64,000 nt of DNA from Campylobacterales bacterium (GTDB lineage Bacteria; Campylobacterota; Campylobacteria; Campylobacterales; QNZT01). Position 1 is the first letter of the stretch. Every line of letters starts with the position of its first letter. The notes below the pieces were generated by a model. The model ran no database searches. It was not told where the DNA came from and saw only the letters and a program-made list of their open reading frames with translations. This document shows, in pieces, positions 34,965-44,755 of this stretch. Made by a program: the position numbers and the translations under genes. Location of the stretch: NCBI GenBank assembly GCA_027066435.1, contig JAMONX010000060.1, positions 5,112 to 69,111 on the forward strand, given 5' to 3'.

Positions 34965-37592
34965 TTAACTAAGCGATTTTAACTCACTCTCTACCTTATC
35001 AAGCTTGTTTTTTGCCCCTTTTAATAACTCCCTATTTTTTGTCAAGACATCCTCTGGTGCATTTGTGACAAATTTTTCATTATTTAGCATCCCGTTTAAT
35101 TTACCAACCTCTTTTTCAAGTTTTAATTTTTGGGTATTTAACCTTTTGATGATAGGTTCTAAATCGATTCCTTCAAGTGAGATATAACACTCTAAATTAT
35201 CTCCAACATCAGCGACTGAATTTTCTACTTTTTTTGAAACTATATTTATCTTTTCTACTTTTGTAAGTTTTGAGATATATTTTATTCCGCTTGTTAGGTC
35301 GATATCTTTGTTTATTTTTATCGAAACGGTATCAACAGCTGAGCTTGGAAGGTCAAGTGTGGCTTTAGCTCTTCTTATGCCTACAATCGCTTCTTTGATG
35401 AGTTCAAATTGATTTTCTATGGATGCATCTTGTGAAGTTTGGCTTGGAAACTCTGCTACCATTATAGATGAACCGTTTTCTAGTGTTGTGCCACTAAGGG
35501 AGTGATAAAGATACTCACTGATAAATGGCATAAAAGGGTGGATAAGTTTTAGTGAATCTTTGTAAATTGAACCCAACTCTTTTACACTATCTTTATCAGC
35601 TTTACTAAGCTCAATTCCCCAATCACAAAACTCACCCCAAAAGAAACGGTAAATATCCATCGCTGCATCATTAAAACGATATGCATCTATGTTTGAGCGA
35701 ACACTTTTAGTTGCAACTCTATAACGGCTTAAGATATATCGTCCAAGGTCAGTTTTTATCTCTATATCTTTTAAATCATCAAACTTCTCTTCATTCATCA
35801 ATAAAAAACGAGATGCATTAAAGAGTTTATTTGTAAAGTTTCTATACTGTCCAAGACGGTTAGCACTTAGTTTGATATCTCTTCCTTGTACTGCGAGTGC
35901 AGCTAGAGTAAAGCGAAGAGTATCAGCTGAAAACTCCTCTATCATATCTAGTGGGTCGATTACATTTCCTTTGGATTTGCTCATCTTTGCTCCGTGTTCA
36001 TCTCTTACAAGTGCGTGAAGATAAACATCTCCAAAAGGAACCTCTTTTTGTTCATATACACCCATAAACATCATTCTAGAAACCCAGAAAAATATAATAT
36101 CAAAACCAGTAATCAACATAGAGTTTGGATAAAAATCTTTTAAATCATCTTCATTCCACAATTTGCCTTTACCAAACTCTCCATTTCCCCAACCAAGAGT
36201 TGAAAAAGACCAAAGACCAGAACTAAACCAAGTATCAAGTACATCAGGGTCTTGTTTGATATTTTTACTATTACATTTTATACAACTATTTGGTTCTTTA
36301 TCTTCAGATGCAAACTCTTTTCCACAATCATCACAATAAAAAACAGGGATTTGATGTCCCCACCAAAGTTGTCTTGAGATGCACCAATCTCTAAGTTCAC
36401 TCATCCAAGCATTAAACGAATTTATCCAGTGTGGTGGATAAAACTTCGTCTCACCTGCATTTACCTTCTCTATGGCTTTTGTGGCTATCTCTTTTTTGAC
36501 AAACCATTGCTTTGAGATATAAGGCTCTACTATATTATGGCATCTATAACAGTGTCCTACTTGATGAGAGTGTTCTTCTATCTTTTCAACAAAGCCACCT
36601 TTTTTTAAAGCTATAACGATTTGTTCTCTAGCTTCTAATCTCTCTAATCCTTCAAACTCACCGCACTCATTATTTAAAAAACCTTTTTCATCAAAACATG
36701 TTATAAACTCTAAGTTGTGTCTTTTTCCTACTTCATAATCATTTTGATCATGTGAAGGAGTGACTTTTACAATCCCTGTTCCAACTTCCATATCAACATG
36801 TGAATCAGTGATGATTTCAATCTCTCTATCGATTAACGGAAGTTTTACAAATTTACCGATAAGATTTTTATATCTTTTATCTTCTGGATGCACCATAATT
36901 GCACTATCACCAAAATATGTCTCAGGTCTAGTTGTAGCTACAGTAACAAAACCACTACCATCACTCAAAGGATACTTTATATGATAAAACTTACCCTGTA
37001 CATCTTCATGTTCTACCTCGATATCACTCAAAGCTCCATCATGTGTACACCAATTTACCATATAGTTATCTCTAACTATCAACCCATCATCATAAAGTTT
37101 TACAAATATCTTACGAACAGCACATGAGAGTCCCTCATCCATAGTAAATCGTTCACGACTCCAAGCAGGGGATGTTCCCATCTTTCGCATTTGTTTGAAA
37201 ATAGTTCCGCCACTTAGCTCTTTCCACTCCCAAACTTTTTTTAAAAATGCTTCTCGTCCTATCTCCTCTTTGTTTGTTCCCTCTGCTAAAAGTTGCTTTT
37301 CCACCACATTTTGTGTAGCAATTCCAGCGTGATCTAACCCAGGTTGCCATAAGGTCTTGTAGCCGTCCATTCTTTTGTAGCGAGTCATGATGTCTTGAAG
37401 TGTAAAAGTTAGTGCATGACCTATGTGAAGTCTTCCTGTAACATTTGGAGGAGGCATCATGATGGAGAAGTTTTTATCTTTTTTTTGAATTTCTCTATTT
37501 CCATCTATCTCAAAATAGCCTCTATCTTCCCAAATTTTATAAAATTTATCTTCAATATTTTTGGGGTCGTATGTATTGTTTTTTTCACTCAT
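34965..37592 (-). CDS. valS: Valine--tRNA ligase
   Basis: HIGH-type motif (PNVTGRLHIGH), KMSKS, and a C-terminal coiled coil. 875 aa. Confidence 0.97.
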   Translation of the reverse strand: MSEKNNTYDPKNIEDKFYKIWEDRGYFEIDGNREIQKKDKNFSIMMPPPNVTGRLHIGHALTFTLQDIMTRYKRMDGYKTLWQPGLDHAGIATQNVVEKQLLAEGTNKEEIGREAFLKKVWEWKELSGGTIFKQMRKMGTSPAWSRERFTMDEGLSCAVRKIFVKLYDDGLIVRDNYMVNWCTHDGALSDIEVEHEDVQGKFYHIKYPLSDGSGFVTVATTRPETYFGDSAIMVHPEDKRYKNLIGKFVKLPLIDREIEIITDSHVDMEVGTGIVKVTPSHDQNDYEVGKRHNLEFITCFDEKGFLNNECGEFEGLERLEAREQIVIALKKGGFVEKIEEHSHQVGHCYRCHNIVEPYISKQWFVKKEIATKAIEKVNAGETKFYPPHWINSFNAWMSELRDWCISRQLWWGHQIPVFYCDDCGKEFASEDKEPNSCIKCNSKNIKQDPDVLDTWFSSGLWSFSTLGWGNGEFGKGKLWNEDDLKDFYPNSMLITGFDIIFFWVSRMMFMGVYEQKEVPFGDVYLHALVRDEHGAKMSKSKGNVIDPLDMIEEFSADTLRFTLAALAVQGRDIKLSANRLGQYRNFTNKLFNASRFLLMNEEKFDDLKDIEIKTDLGRYILSRYRVATKSVRSNIDAYRFNDAAMDIYRFFWGEFCDWGIELSKADKDSVKELGSIYKDSLKLIHPFMPFISEYLYHSLSGTTLENGSSIMVAEFPSQTSQDASIENQFELIKEAIVGIRRAKATLDLPSSAVDTVSIKINKDIDLTSGIKYISKLTKVEKINIVSKKVENSVADVGDNLECYISLEGIDLEPIIKRLNTQKLKLEKEVGKLNGMLNNEKFVTNAPEDVLTKNRELLKGAKNKLDKVESELKSLS

Positions 37593-37722
37593 CTGTCTCT
37601 TGCCTTAGGGGTTGAAAATTTGCGAGATTTTAGCTAAAAATGAGTGAAAATGTACTGAAATATCGATAATTTAAATTATTATGATAAAATAGTTTTATAT
37701 TGTAAAATTTAGGGGAGTATCA

Positions 37723-39339
37723 ATGGATAATATTTTAGTAATTTTTCTTGCAACACTTTTTATTGCTACTATCATAAATGTATTTTTAAAAAAGATTGAT
37801 ATTCCTACAATTATAGGTTATATATTTTCTGGCTTGATTATTACCTACCTTTTTGATTTGCGACATATTGACAGGGTAACTCTCTCTCATATCGCTGAAT
37901 TTGGGATAGTCTTTTTGATGTTTACAATTGGGCTTGAATTTTCTGTAAAACATCTAAATAATATGAAAAAAGAGGTGTTCGTTTTTGGTGCTCTTCAAGT
38001 TATACTAAGTGGACTTGTATTTACTGCTATCTCCTATTTTCTTTTTGATCTGGAGATAAAAACGGCGATTATTTTAGGCTTTGCTCTATCTCTCTCTTCA
38101 ACTGCTATTGTTTTAAAAGTGTTAAATGAGAAGAGTCAGATTCATAGTGGATATGGACGGGCAACTCTTGGGATTTTGTTATTTCAAGATTTAGCAGTTA
38201 TTCCTATTCTTTTGATGATTTCTATTTTTACTTCAGATACACACTCCTTGTCTCAGCTTTTGCTGCAAACTTTTGGTTCTGCAGTAGTTGTTTTTATCAT
38301 TCTTTTTATTGGTGGAAAAATACTTTTAAATCGATTTTTTAACTGGGTTATCTCTACAAATTCTGATGAAATTTTTACGATTTCTATACTTTTCATTATT
38401 ATGAGTTCCTCTTATATCGCTCATGTATTTGGTTTTACTTACTCTCTTGGAGCTTTTATTGCAGGTATGATTATCGCTGAGACAAAGTTTAAGTATCGTG
38501 TTGAGGCTGATCTCATCCCGTTTCGTGATATTTTACTTGGTGTCTTTTTTGTTACAATTGGGATGCAGATAGATTTAAATACTATATTTGAGTATGGACA
38601 TATAATTTTAGGGCTTTTAGTTATGATTATGTCTCTAAAAGCTTTTTTGATTTTTGGAATTTTAAATACGATGCTTCAAAAAAGAACAAGTATAAAAACT
38701 GCACTTGCACTTTTTCAAGTGGGGGAGTTTTCACTAGCAATCATAGCTTTAGCAAATAACAATAAGCTTTTTTCAGATACGCATACTCAGATTTTTACAA
38801 TCACAATAGTTTTATCTATGATAATTACACCATTCGTTCTTAAAAACATCAAAAATATTGCTGACTTATTTACACCAGAAACTGAGGTTGATTGTGAAAA
38901 GATTGTTTCAACAGGGTATAAAAATCATATAATTTTATGTGGTTATGGCTCTTTGGGTCAGAAAATAGCTAAAAAATTTAAAAAACGAGGGCTTTGTTAT
39001 GTCATAATCGAACATGATATAAAACTTGTTAAACTAGGACGAAGCAATGATGAGCCTATAATATTAGCAAATGCTTCTAAAACTGATATATTAGAAGCAT
39101 TAGATATACGAGATGCAATGGCGGTAATAGTTGCGATTGACAATGCTGTTAAGCTTCGTCTAACATGTGAAGCAATAAGTTCAATAGATGAGAATATTAA
39201 CACGGTGGTAAAAGTAAAAAATAGAAGCCATCAAAATATCATAGAAGGATTTAATATAAATCATATCATAAATGAGAGTGATGAGATGGCAGAGATTTTA
39301 ACAAGGGAAGTGCTAAATTGCAAAATAAAAAATACATAA
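37723..39339 (+). CDS. Monovalent cation:proton antiporter-2 (CPA2) family, Kef-type, with C-terminal TrkA-N/RCK domain
   Basis: About 12 TM helices, then a Rossmann GYGSLG motif in the C-terminal soluble domain. Confidence 0.8.
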   Translation: MDNILVIFLATLFIATIINVFLKKIDIPTIIGYIFSGLIITYLFDLRHIDRVTLSHIAEFGIVFLMFTIGLEFSVKHLNNMKKEVFVFGALQVILSGLVFTAISYFLFDLEIKTAIILGFALSLSSTAIVLKVLNEKSQIHSGYGRATLGILLFQDLAVIPILLMISIFTSDTHSLSQLLLQTFGSAVVVFIILFIGGKILLNRFFNWVISTNSDEIFTISILFIIMSSSYIAHVFGFTYSLGAFIAGMIIAETKFKYRVEADLIPFRDILLGVFFVTIGMQIDLNTIFEYGHIILGLLVMIMSLKAFLIFGILNTMLQKRTSIKTALALFQVGEFSLAIIALANNNKLFSDTHTQIFTITIVLSMIITPFVLKNIKNIADLFTPETEVDCEKIVSTGYKNHIILCGYGSLGQKIAKKFKKRGLCYVIIEHDIKLVKLGRSNDEPIILANASKTDILEALDIRDAMAVIVAIDNAVKLRLTCEAISSIDENINTVVKVKNRSHQNIIEGFNINHIINESDEMAEILTREVLNCKIKNT

Positions 39340-39941
39340 TTTTTGATATGGATGGAACACTCATAGATAGCTCAACGGTTATCGCAAACTCAATAAACTA
39401 TGTACGAAAACAGATATCTCTTCCTACAATGGAAAATGAACATATTATAGCTTGTATAAACAATGTAAATATCCATGCTCCTAGCTTTTTTTATGAAACT
39501 GAAGTATTTGAGAAAGAGCATGAAGTGTGGTTTCAAGAGTATTATACAAACAATCATAAAAGGGATACCGTACTTTATAGAGGCATAGAAGAGTTACTAA
39601 ATAAACTTTCTCTTACACACTCCTTATCAGTTGCAACAAATGCCTATAAATTATCAGCTCATCAAATCTTAGATGCAAAAGATATAAAGAGACATTTTGA
39701 CATAGTTATGTGTGCGGATGAAGTTACTAACCCAAAACCTAACCGAGAAATGTTAGATGTGATAGTAGAGTATTATGGAGCTAAAAGAGATAAATTTGTA
39801 GTTATTGGAGATGGAGAACGAGATATAATGGCTGCCAAAAATGCTGGAATTGATTCTATCTTGGTTGATTGGGGATTTAGTGACCATAGTAAAGCAGTTA
39901 AAAGTGTAGAGGGGCTAGAAACTATTCTTCTAGCCCCATAA
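39318..39941 (+). CDS. HAD-superfamily hydrolase (phosphoglycolate phosphatase-like)
   Basis: DMDGTLIDS motif I, and GDGERD motif IV near the C-terminus. The TTG start is needed to retain the catalytic Asp. Confidence 0.75.
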   Translation: MQNKKYIIFDMDGTLIDSSTVIANSINYVRKQISLPTMENEHIIACINNVNIHAPSFFYETEVFEKEHEVWFQEYYTNNHKRDTVLYRGIEELLNKLSLTHSLSVATNAYKLSAHQILDAKDIKRHFDIVMCADEVTNPKPNREMLDVIVEYYGAKRDKFVVIGDGERDIMAAKNAGIDSILVDWGFSDHSKAVKSVEGLETILLAP

Positions 39942-39943
39942 AA

Positions 39944-41152
39944 TTAAAACTTATAAGATACGCCAAGAGTTGTTAAAAGTGCTGAAGAGTCAGTAAATTC
40001 ACCATCTACAGTCTCATTTTTTATACTTCTATCCTCTTTGTCTGTATAGGAGATAGCTCCACCAAATGAGACTTTATCACTATATTGATAAGTTATACCA
40101 CCTGTATATAGGATAGAGTCAGAATCAGGAGTTTCAAATCCTAAGTACTTCTCTTGAACAGGAGTTTTATCAAATGCAACTCCACCTAGAAGTACAATTT
40201 TTTTATTTAACTGATGAGTTACACCAAAACGATATGCATCTGCATCTTGCCAATATCTAGGTTTTGGGTCATCAAAAGCACCTACTAAGATATCTAATGG
40301 TACTTTGCTTTTAAAATTAAAATCTAAATTTTTATACTCTGACCAAAAAGTCCTATCATATTCAAACTCAACTACAGTAGCACCAAAATCATAAGAGATT
40401 GCAAGTGCTAAGATTGCAGGTAGGGTAACTTTTAGACTTGCCCCTCCATCATAGTACATATCTCCGCCTAGAAAAAGCTTTGCATTTCCCTCTTCATTGA
40501 TATCTACATTTGATCTATAAGTTGCGGCTAGATTTAAGTTGCTTATTGGTTTATATGTAAGTGCTACATTGTATCCAAACTCTAGGGCATCAGCTTCCAT
40601 CTCTCTTGCTATATTTTTTCCAACTCCTGAACCGTCACTCTTTATTTTTCCTTCACTGTAAATCAACCTAAGACCAACAGCCGCTGCAAAATTCTCACTT
40701 ACTTTGTACGCGACTGTTGGATTAAAATCTATAATCTTTAGAGCAAACTCTTGTGCATATGCTTTAGGGTAGGGGCTTTCCCATCTTTTAGTTAGTCCAG
40801 CAGGTACGATAACACTAAACCCATATCTTACTCCGTTATAATCTTTAGAGCTATAAAAAAATGTTGGAGCTAAGATGTTTTCTCTCTCTGATTCTCCATT
40901 AAATGCAGGATTTCTGTTATCTTTATATACAACAGGTGGAAGCCCGATGTTTGTTAATGCTCCTTCTATTTGGTGTACATCTTCGTCAAAAACCATATTT
41001 GCAGGGTTATAATATGCACTATCAGCACCTTTTGTATTTGCTACATAAGCTGCACCTAAGGCTACTGATTTTACAGATGATACAGGTAATCTATATCCAC
41101 TAGCTAATAGTAGTGAGCTTGATAATACACTTAGTAATACAATCTTTTTCAT
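39944..41152 (-). CDS. Outer-membrane transport protein, FadL/OmpP1/TodX family
   Basis: Signal peptide, beta-barrel-like alternation throughout, and a C-terminal aromatic residue (YKF). The N-terminal GAAYVANTKGADSAYYNPANM resembles the FadL family hatch region. Confidence 0.7.
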   Translation of the reverse strand: MKKIVLLSVLSSSLLLASGYRLPVSSVKSVALGAAYVANTKGADSAYYNPANMVFDEDVHQIEGALTNIGLPPVVYKDNRNPAFNGESERENILAPTFFYSSKDYNGVRYGFSVIVPAGLTKRWESPYPKAYAQEFALKIIDFNPTVAYKVSENFAAAVGLRLIYSEGKIKSDGSGVGKNIAREMEADALEFGYNVALTYKPISNLNLAATYRSNVDINEEGNAKLFLGGDMYYDGGASLKVTLPAILALAISYDFGATVVEFEYDRTFWSEYKNLDFNFKSKVPLDILVGAFDDPKPRYWQDADAYRFGVTHQLNKKIVLLGGVAFDKTPVQEKYLGFETPDSDSILYTGGITYQYSDKVSFGGAISYTDKEDRSIKNETVDGEFTDSSALLTTLGVSYKF

Positions 41153-42495
41153 TTTATCTCTCCCGTTCTAATTTTACTAAACCACTCAAGAGCTTTTGGA
41201 TATGTTTTTGTTCCACATGCTACATGAACAGAAGGTAGTGTACCATCTGGAATCTCATTTATAAGATCTAACTCTACACTTGTTGATCCATTTGCTGTAA
41301 ATCTTGCAAATGCTATGCGTGAAAGATCTGATGATATAACATCATCATTAGTGCAATGAAGTAGTTTTACTTTAGTTTTTGGAGACCAATCAAGCGGTGT
41401 ATTTTCTATAAAAGCTTGTTTCAAAGGATTGTTTGGGTTTGTTAAAAAATCATCTCTGTATGTTGGTTCAAAAAATTTAGTTAAATTTTCATCTAACTTT
41501 ACCTGGATATCAGCACTAGAATGTTCACTATCATAAAGAGTTGGTAATATCCCAGCATATGGTTCATTTAAAATATCAGTTAAATTAAAATTATATACAG
41601 ATGCATATGAATTGATAATCCCTCCGATAAAATCTGGTCTTGCCATAGTTGGCTGACTTAACACTCCCATACCAGTTGCATTTAAGTCATATGGTCCAGC
41701 CATAGGTGCAATACCCATCAAGTTTATATGTGGGTGGTTTGCCTCTATCTCTTTAGCTGCTGCTAAGGTCACATAACCACCTTCAGAGTAACCTGATAAA
41801 AAGACTTGTCCATTAAATGGCAGTTGATTATCACTTGCAAATTTCACAGTTGCTTTAATCAAATCAACAGTAGCTGAAGCTGAAGATTTTTCTAAAAGAT
41901 ATGGATGTGACCCCTTTGAAGCTCCATAACCTATATAATCAGGTTGAACAGTGATAAAACCACCAATTGCACTCATTAAAAAAGGAATAGGCGTACTTTT
42001 AGGTGCTTCTCTTCGTTGAATAGCAGCTAAAAACTCTGGAAACCCTGCTAAAGACATTGATGGTGATTCTTCATCTTTAAAAATTGTTCCGTGTTGATCA
42101 CTTAGAATTGACATTGAGTAAGTTTTTCCTACTGCTTCTAAACCTGCCAAAAATTCATCTGTAGGAATAGGAATAGTAATAAGTCCTGATGCATTCACAT
42201 CTGAACCATCTTCATTTGTTGTTGTATATATAATTTTATATGATTGTATTCCAAAAGCTATTTTATAATTAGGGTCTTCTGGTGATACTCCTGCATTTAT
42301 TGAACTTGCCAAAATATTTTGATTTGTTGAAGCATCATCAAGTCCTATTGATTGTTCTGGAGAAATACTAACAATCCTCACATCATTAAATGTTAATGCT
42401 CTATTTTCACCCTCATATCCTGCATCGCCACACCCTGTAAATAGTAATAATACCGTAGCGGTGGATATAATACTATACCTTGCAAACTTACCCAT
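41149..42495 (-). CDS. Lipoprotein alpha/beta-hydrolase, secretory-lipase-like
   Basis: Lipobox (LLFTGC) and GYSEGG nucleophile elbow. 448 aa. ATGA overlap with the downstream FadL-family gene. Confidence 0.65.
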   Translation of the reverse strand: MGKFARYSIISTATVLLLFTGCGDAGYEGENRALTFNDVRIVSISPEQSIGLDDASTNQNILASSINAGVSPEDPNYKIAFGIQSYKIIYTTTNEDGSDVNASGLITIPIPTDEFLAGLEAVGKTYSMSILSDQHGTIFKDEESPSMSLAGFPEFLAAIQRREAPKSTPIPFLMSAIGGFITVQPDYIGYGASKGSHPYLLEKSSASATVDLIKATVKFASDNQLPFNGQVFLSGYSEGGYVTLAAAKEIEANHPHINLMGIAPMAGPYDLNATGMGVLSQPTMARPDFIGGIINSYASVYNFNLTDILNEPYAGILPTLYDSEHSSADIQVKLDENLTKFFEPTYRDDFLTNPNNPLKQAFIENTPLDWSPKTKVKLLHCTNDDVISSDLSRIAFARFTANGSTSVELDLINEIPDGTLPSVHVACGTKTYPKALEWFSKIRTGEIK

Positions 42496-42550
42496 AAATC
42501 CTCCTTAATCTATTAATTACCTTCATTATAGATAAACTATGATTAAATCA

Positions 42551-43993
42551 TTACATAAAAGTAGGGGCATCATTTGAAAACAATACTAAATCTCCGGGCA
42601 TTGTCTCACTTGCTAAAGTTTCTTCAAGTTTATCTTTATCAAGTAAAAGGATTTTGTTGGCTTTATGAATATTTTCATAAAGTACATTTGCATTTACTTT
42701 TCCCGTGATGATTACAGTATTAAATACTTCATCAATTTTCTCAGCTAGTTTTATATTACTTTCACAATCACTCTCTAAAATTCCAGGAGTTATGATTATT
42801 TTCTTCCCCTTGTAACTGTTCATCAAATCATAAGAGCTTAGCATCCCTTCAAGATTTCCATTAAAGCTGTCATCAATGATTAGTTTTCCAGCTGACTCTA
42901 TTTTTTGTAAACGATGATTTACCTGTTTTAAGTTTTTGATAGCTTTTTGAATATCTTTGATATCAACTCCTATTTCACGAGCTACTAAAATGGCGGCTGT
43001 TAAATTTGTAGCATTAAACTCCCCTAAAAGTGGGGCTTGAAAATGATATACTTCTCCACTTATCTCTAAATCAAACTCTAAACCATCTAAATCTGCTTTG
43101 ATATTTTTTATATTATCACCAAACATAAAAACTTTATTATTAGGATTTACCATCGCACTTTTATGAATAAATGCTTTTTTAAGTTTTTCAGAGTTTAAAA
43201 GCTCCATCTTTGTATTTCGTATATTTTCCAATGTTTTAAAATACTCTATATGTTGAGGGCCTATGGTAGATACAATGGCATAGTCATGGTTTAAAAGCTT
43301 GGCTATATCGTTAATATCTCCTTTAACTCTAGCTCCAGCTTCCGCGATATAAACCTTGGTATCTTTTGGTAAATCATTATTTATATCTTTTACAAGTCCA
43401 CCTAGTGTATTTACACTTCTAGGAGTCATATAGGCTTTAGTGTGAGGAGAGATTATTTGATAGATGAAGTTTTTGATACTTGTTTTTCCATAACTTGCAG
43501 TTATGGCTATGATTTTAAGCTCTTTCATTGAAGAGAGTTTTTTTATAGCTTGTTTTTTATAACCGTTAAATTGCATCTTCTCAAAGATATAACTAGCTCC
43601 AAGTGCCACACCCATAGGAAGTAAAATTCCTAACAATTCACACCTTTGACTAAGCAGACATAACATATCTCCTACGACAACTGCAAATGCCAAAAAGATA
43701 AAAAATCTAATTACTCGAGGAGTAAAAACGAGTTTTTTGTCGATTCTTTTACTCCAAAAGAAGAGGGCTGGCAAAAGACCCAAATAGAAATATATCCAAT
43801 AATAACTACCAGCAACATAATATGCAAACACGGGCAATATAAAGTAGAGTATATGCCAAGAGTATCTTTTATGTTTAAAAATCACACGGCTTAATTTATA
43901 ATTGTACCATTGTAGATTTGTGATAAGATACCAACCAAGTATCATAACAAGCATAAAGTGTGAAAAAATTTCAAATATTTTAAAGTTGTCCAT
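42551..43993 (-). CDS. murF: UDP-N-acetylmuramoyl-tripeptide--D-alanyl-D-alanine ligase with hydrophobic N-terminal extension
   Basis: Mur ligase P-loop (ITASYGKTS) and C-terminal domain motifs (IDDSFNGN). The first ~150 aa form 4-5 hydrophobic helices. Confidence 0.8.
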   Translation of the reverse strand: MDNFKIFEIFSHFMLVMILGWYLITNLQWYNYKLSRVIFKHKRYSWHILYFILPVFAYYVAGSYYWIYFYLGLLPALFFWSKRIDKKLVFTPRVIRFFIFLAFAVVVGDMLCLLSQRCELLGILLPMGVALGASYIFEKMQFNGYKKQAIKKLSSMKELKIIAITASYGKTSIKNFIYQIISPHTKAYMTPRSVNTLGGLVKDINNDLPKDTKVYIAEAGARVKGDINDIAKLLNHDYAIVSTIGPQHIEYFKTLENIRNTKMELLNSEKLKKAFIHKSAMVNPNNKVFMFGDNIKNIKADLDGLEFDLEISGEVYHFQAPLLGEFNATNLTAAILVAREIGVDIKDIQKAIKNLKQVNHRLQKIESAGKLIIDDSFNGNLEGMLSSYDLMNSYKGKKIIITPGILESDCESNIKLAEKIDEVFNTVIITGKVNANVLYENIHKANKILLLDKDKLEETLASETMPGDLVLFSNDAPTFM

Positions 43994-44696
43994 TAAGTTC
44001 CTTTTCTATAAGTAGAGCATGTTGGAGGAAGAAATAGTGGTCACCATCAAGTGGATAAAAATGGCTATCTTCTATAAGCTCAGATATCATTTCTCCCGTA
44101 CAAATTGTAGTAGCAGTATCTTCTTTTCCCCAAAATATGAGAGTTTTACCCTTGTGGGATGCAAAGTTTTGACTAAAGTCTTCATCTACTACATTTTTAA
44201 AAGTTTCATACATGTTTTGTTTCATCCCACTCACATCTTTGGATGCAAACAGAGAGTAAAACTTCCCACCGCCAAAGTTTTTAAGAAGTTTAAAGACTCT
44301 TATCTTCAAACATACAGAAAATGGTTTAGGCATAACAATCCCAGAACTACTTAAAAGTACCAAAAGCTTAGGGTTTAAAAGTGTTGCAACTTTCCCACCA
44401 AACGAATGTCCAAAGATGATATCTTTCTTTGCATTTATAGCTTTTAAAAACTCTTCTATTATCTTTTTATAATCTTGTGTATAGAGAATATAATCATTGC
44501 TACTCTTTCCAAAACCTGGCATATCTATATAAATATGACGATGAGTTGGAAGAATTTCTGAAAATGCCTGTTTCATAATCTCTTTGTTACTTCCCCAACC
44601 GTGAAGAATTATCAAGTTCTTCTTATTCTTGGGATGCAAAATTTCATAATTTATCTCAAAATCTCTACTATTAAGATGTACTTTTTTAACTGCCAT
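43980..44696 (-). CDS. Alpha/beta hydrolase
   Basis: GHSFGG nucleophile elbow and HGWGSN oxyanion region. 238 aa. Overlaps the murF start by 14 nt. Confidence 0.7.
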   Translation of the reverse strand: MAVKKVHLNSRDFEINYEILHPKNKKNLIILHGWGSNKEIMKQAFSEILPTHRHIYIDMPGFGKSSNDYILYTQDYKKIIEEFLKAINAKKDIIFGHSFGGKVATLLNPKLLVLLSSSGIVMPKPFSVCLKIRVFKLLKNFGGGKFYSLFASKDVSGMKQNMYETFKNVVDEDFSQNFASHKGKTLIFWGKEDTATTICTGEMISELIEDSHFYPLDGDHYFFLQHALLIEKELNGQL

Positions 44697-44755
44697 TTTT
44701 GTATACTCCGTGAATGGACGATTTTACAAAAATAAAGCTTACTAGATGCAGTGGC

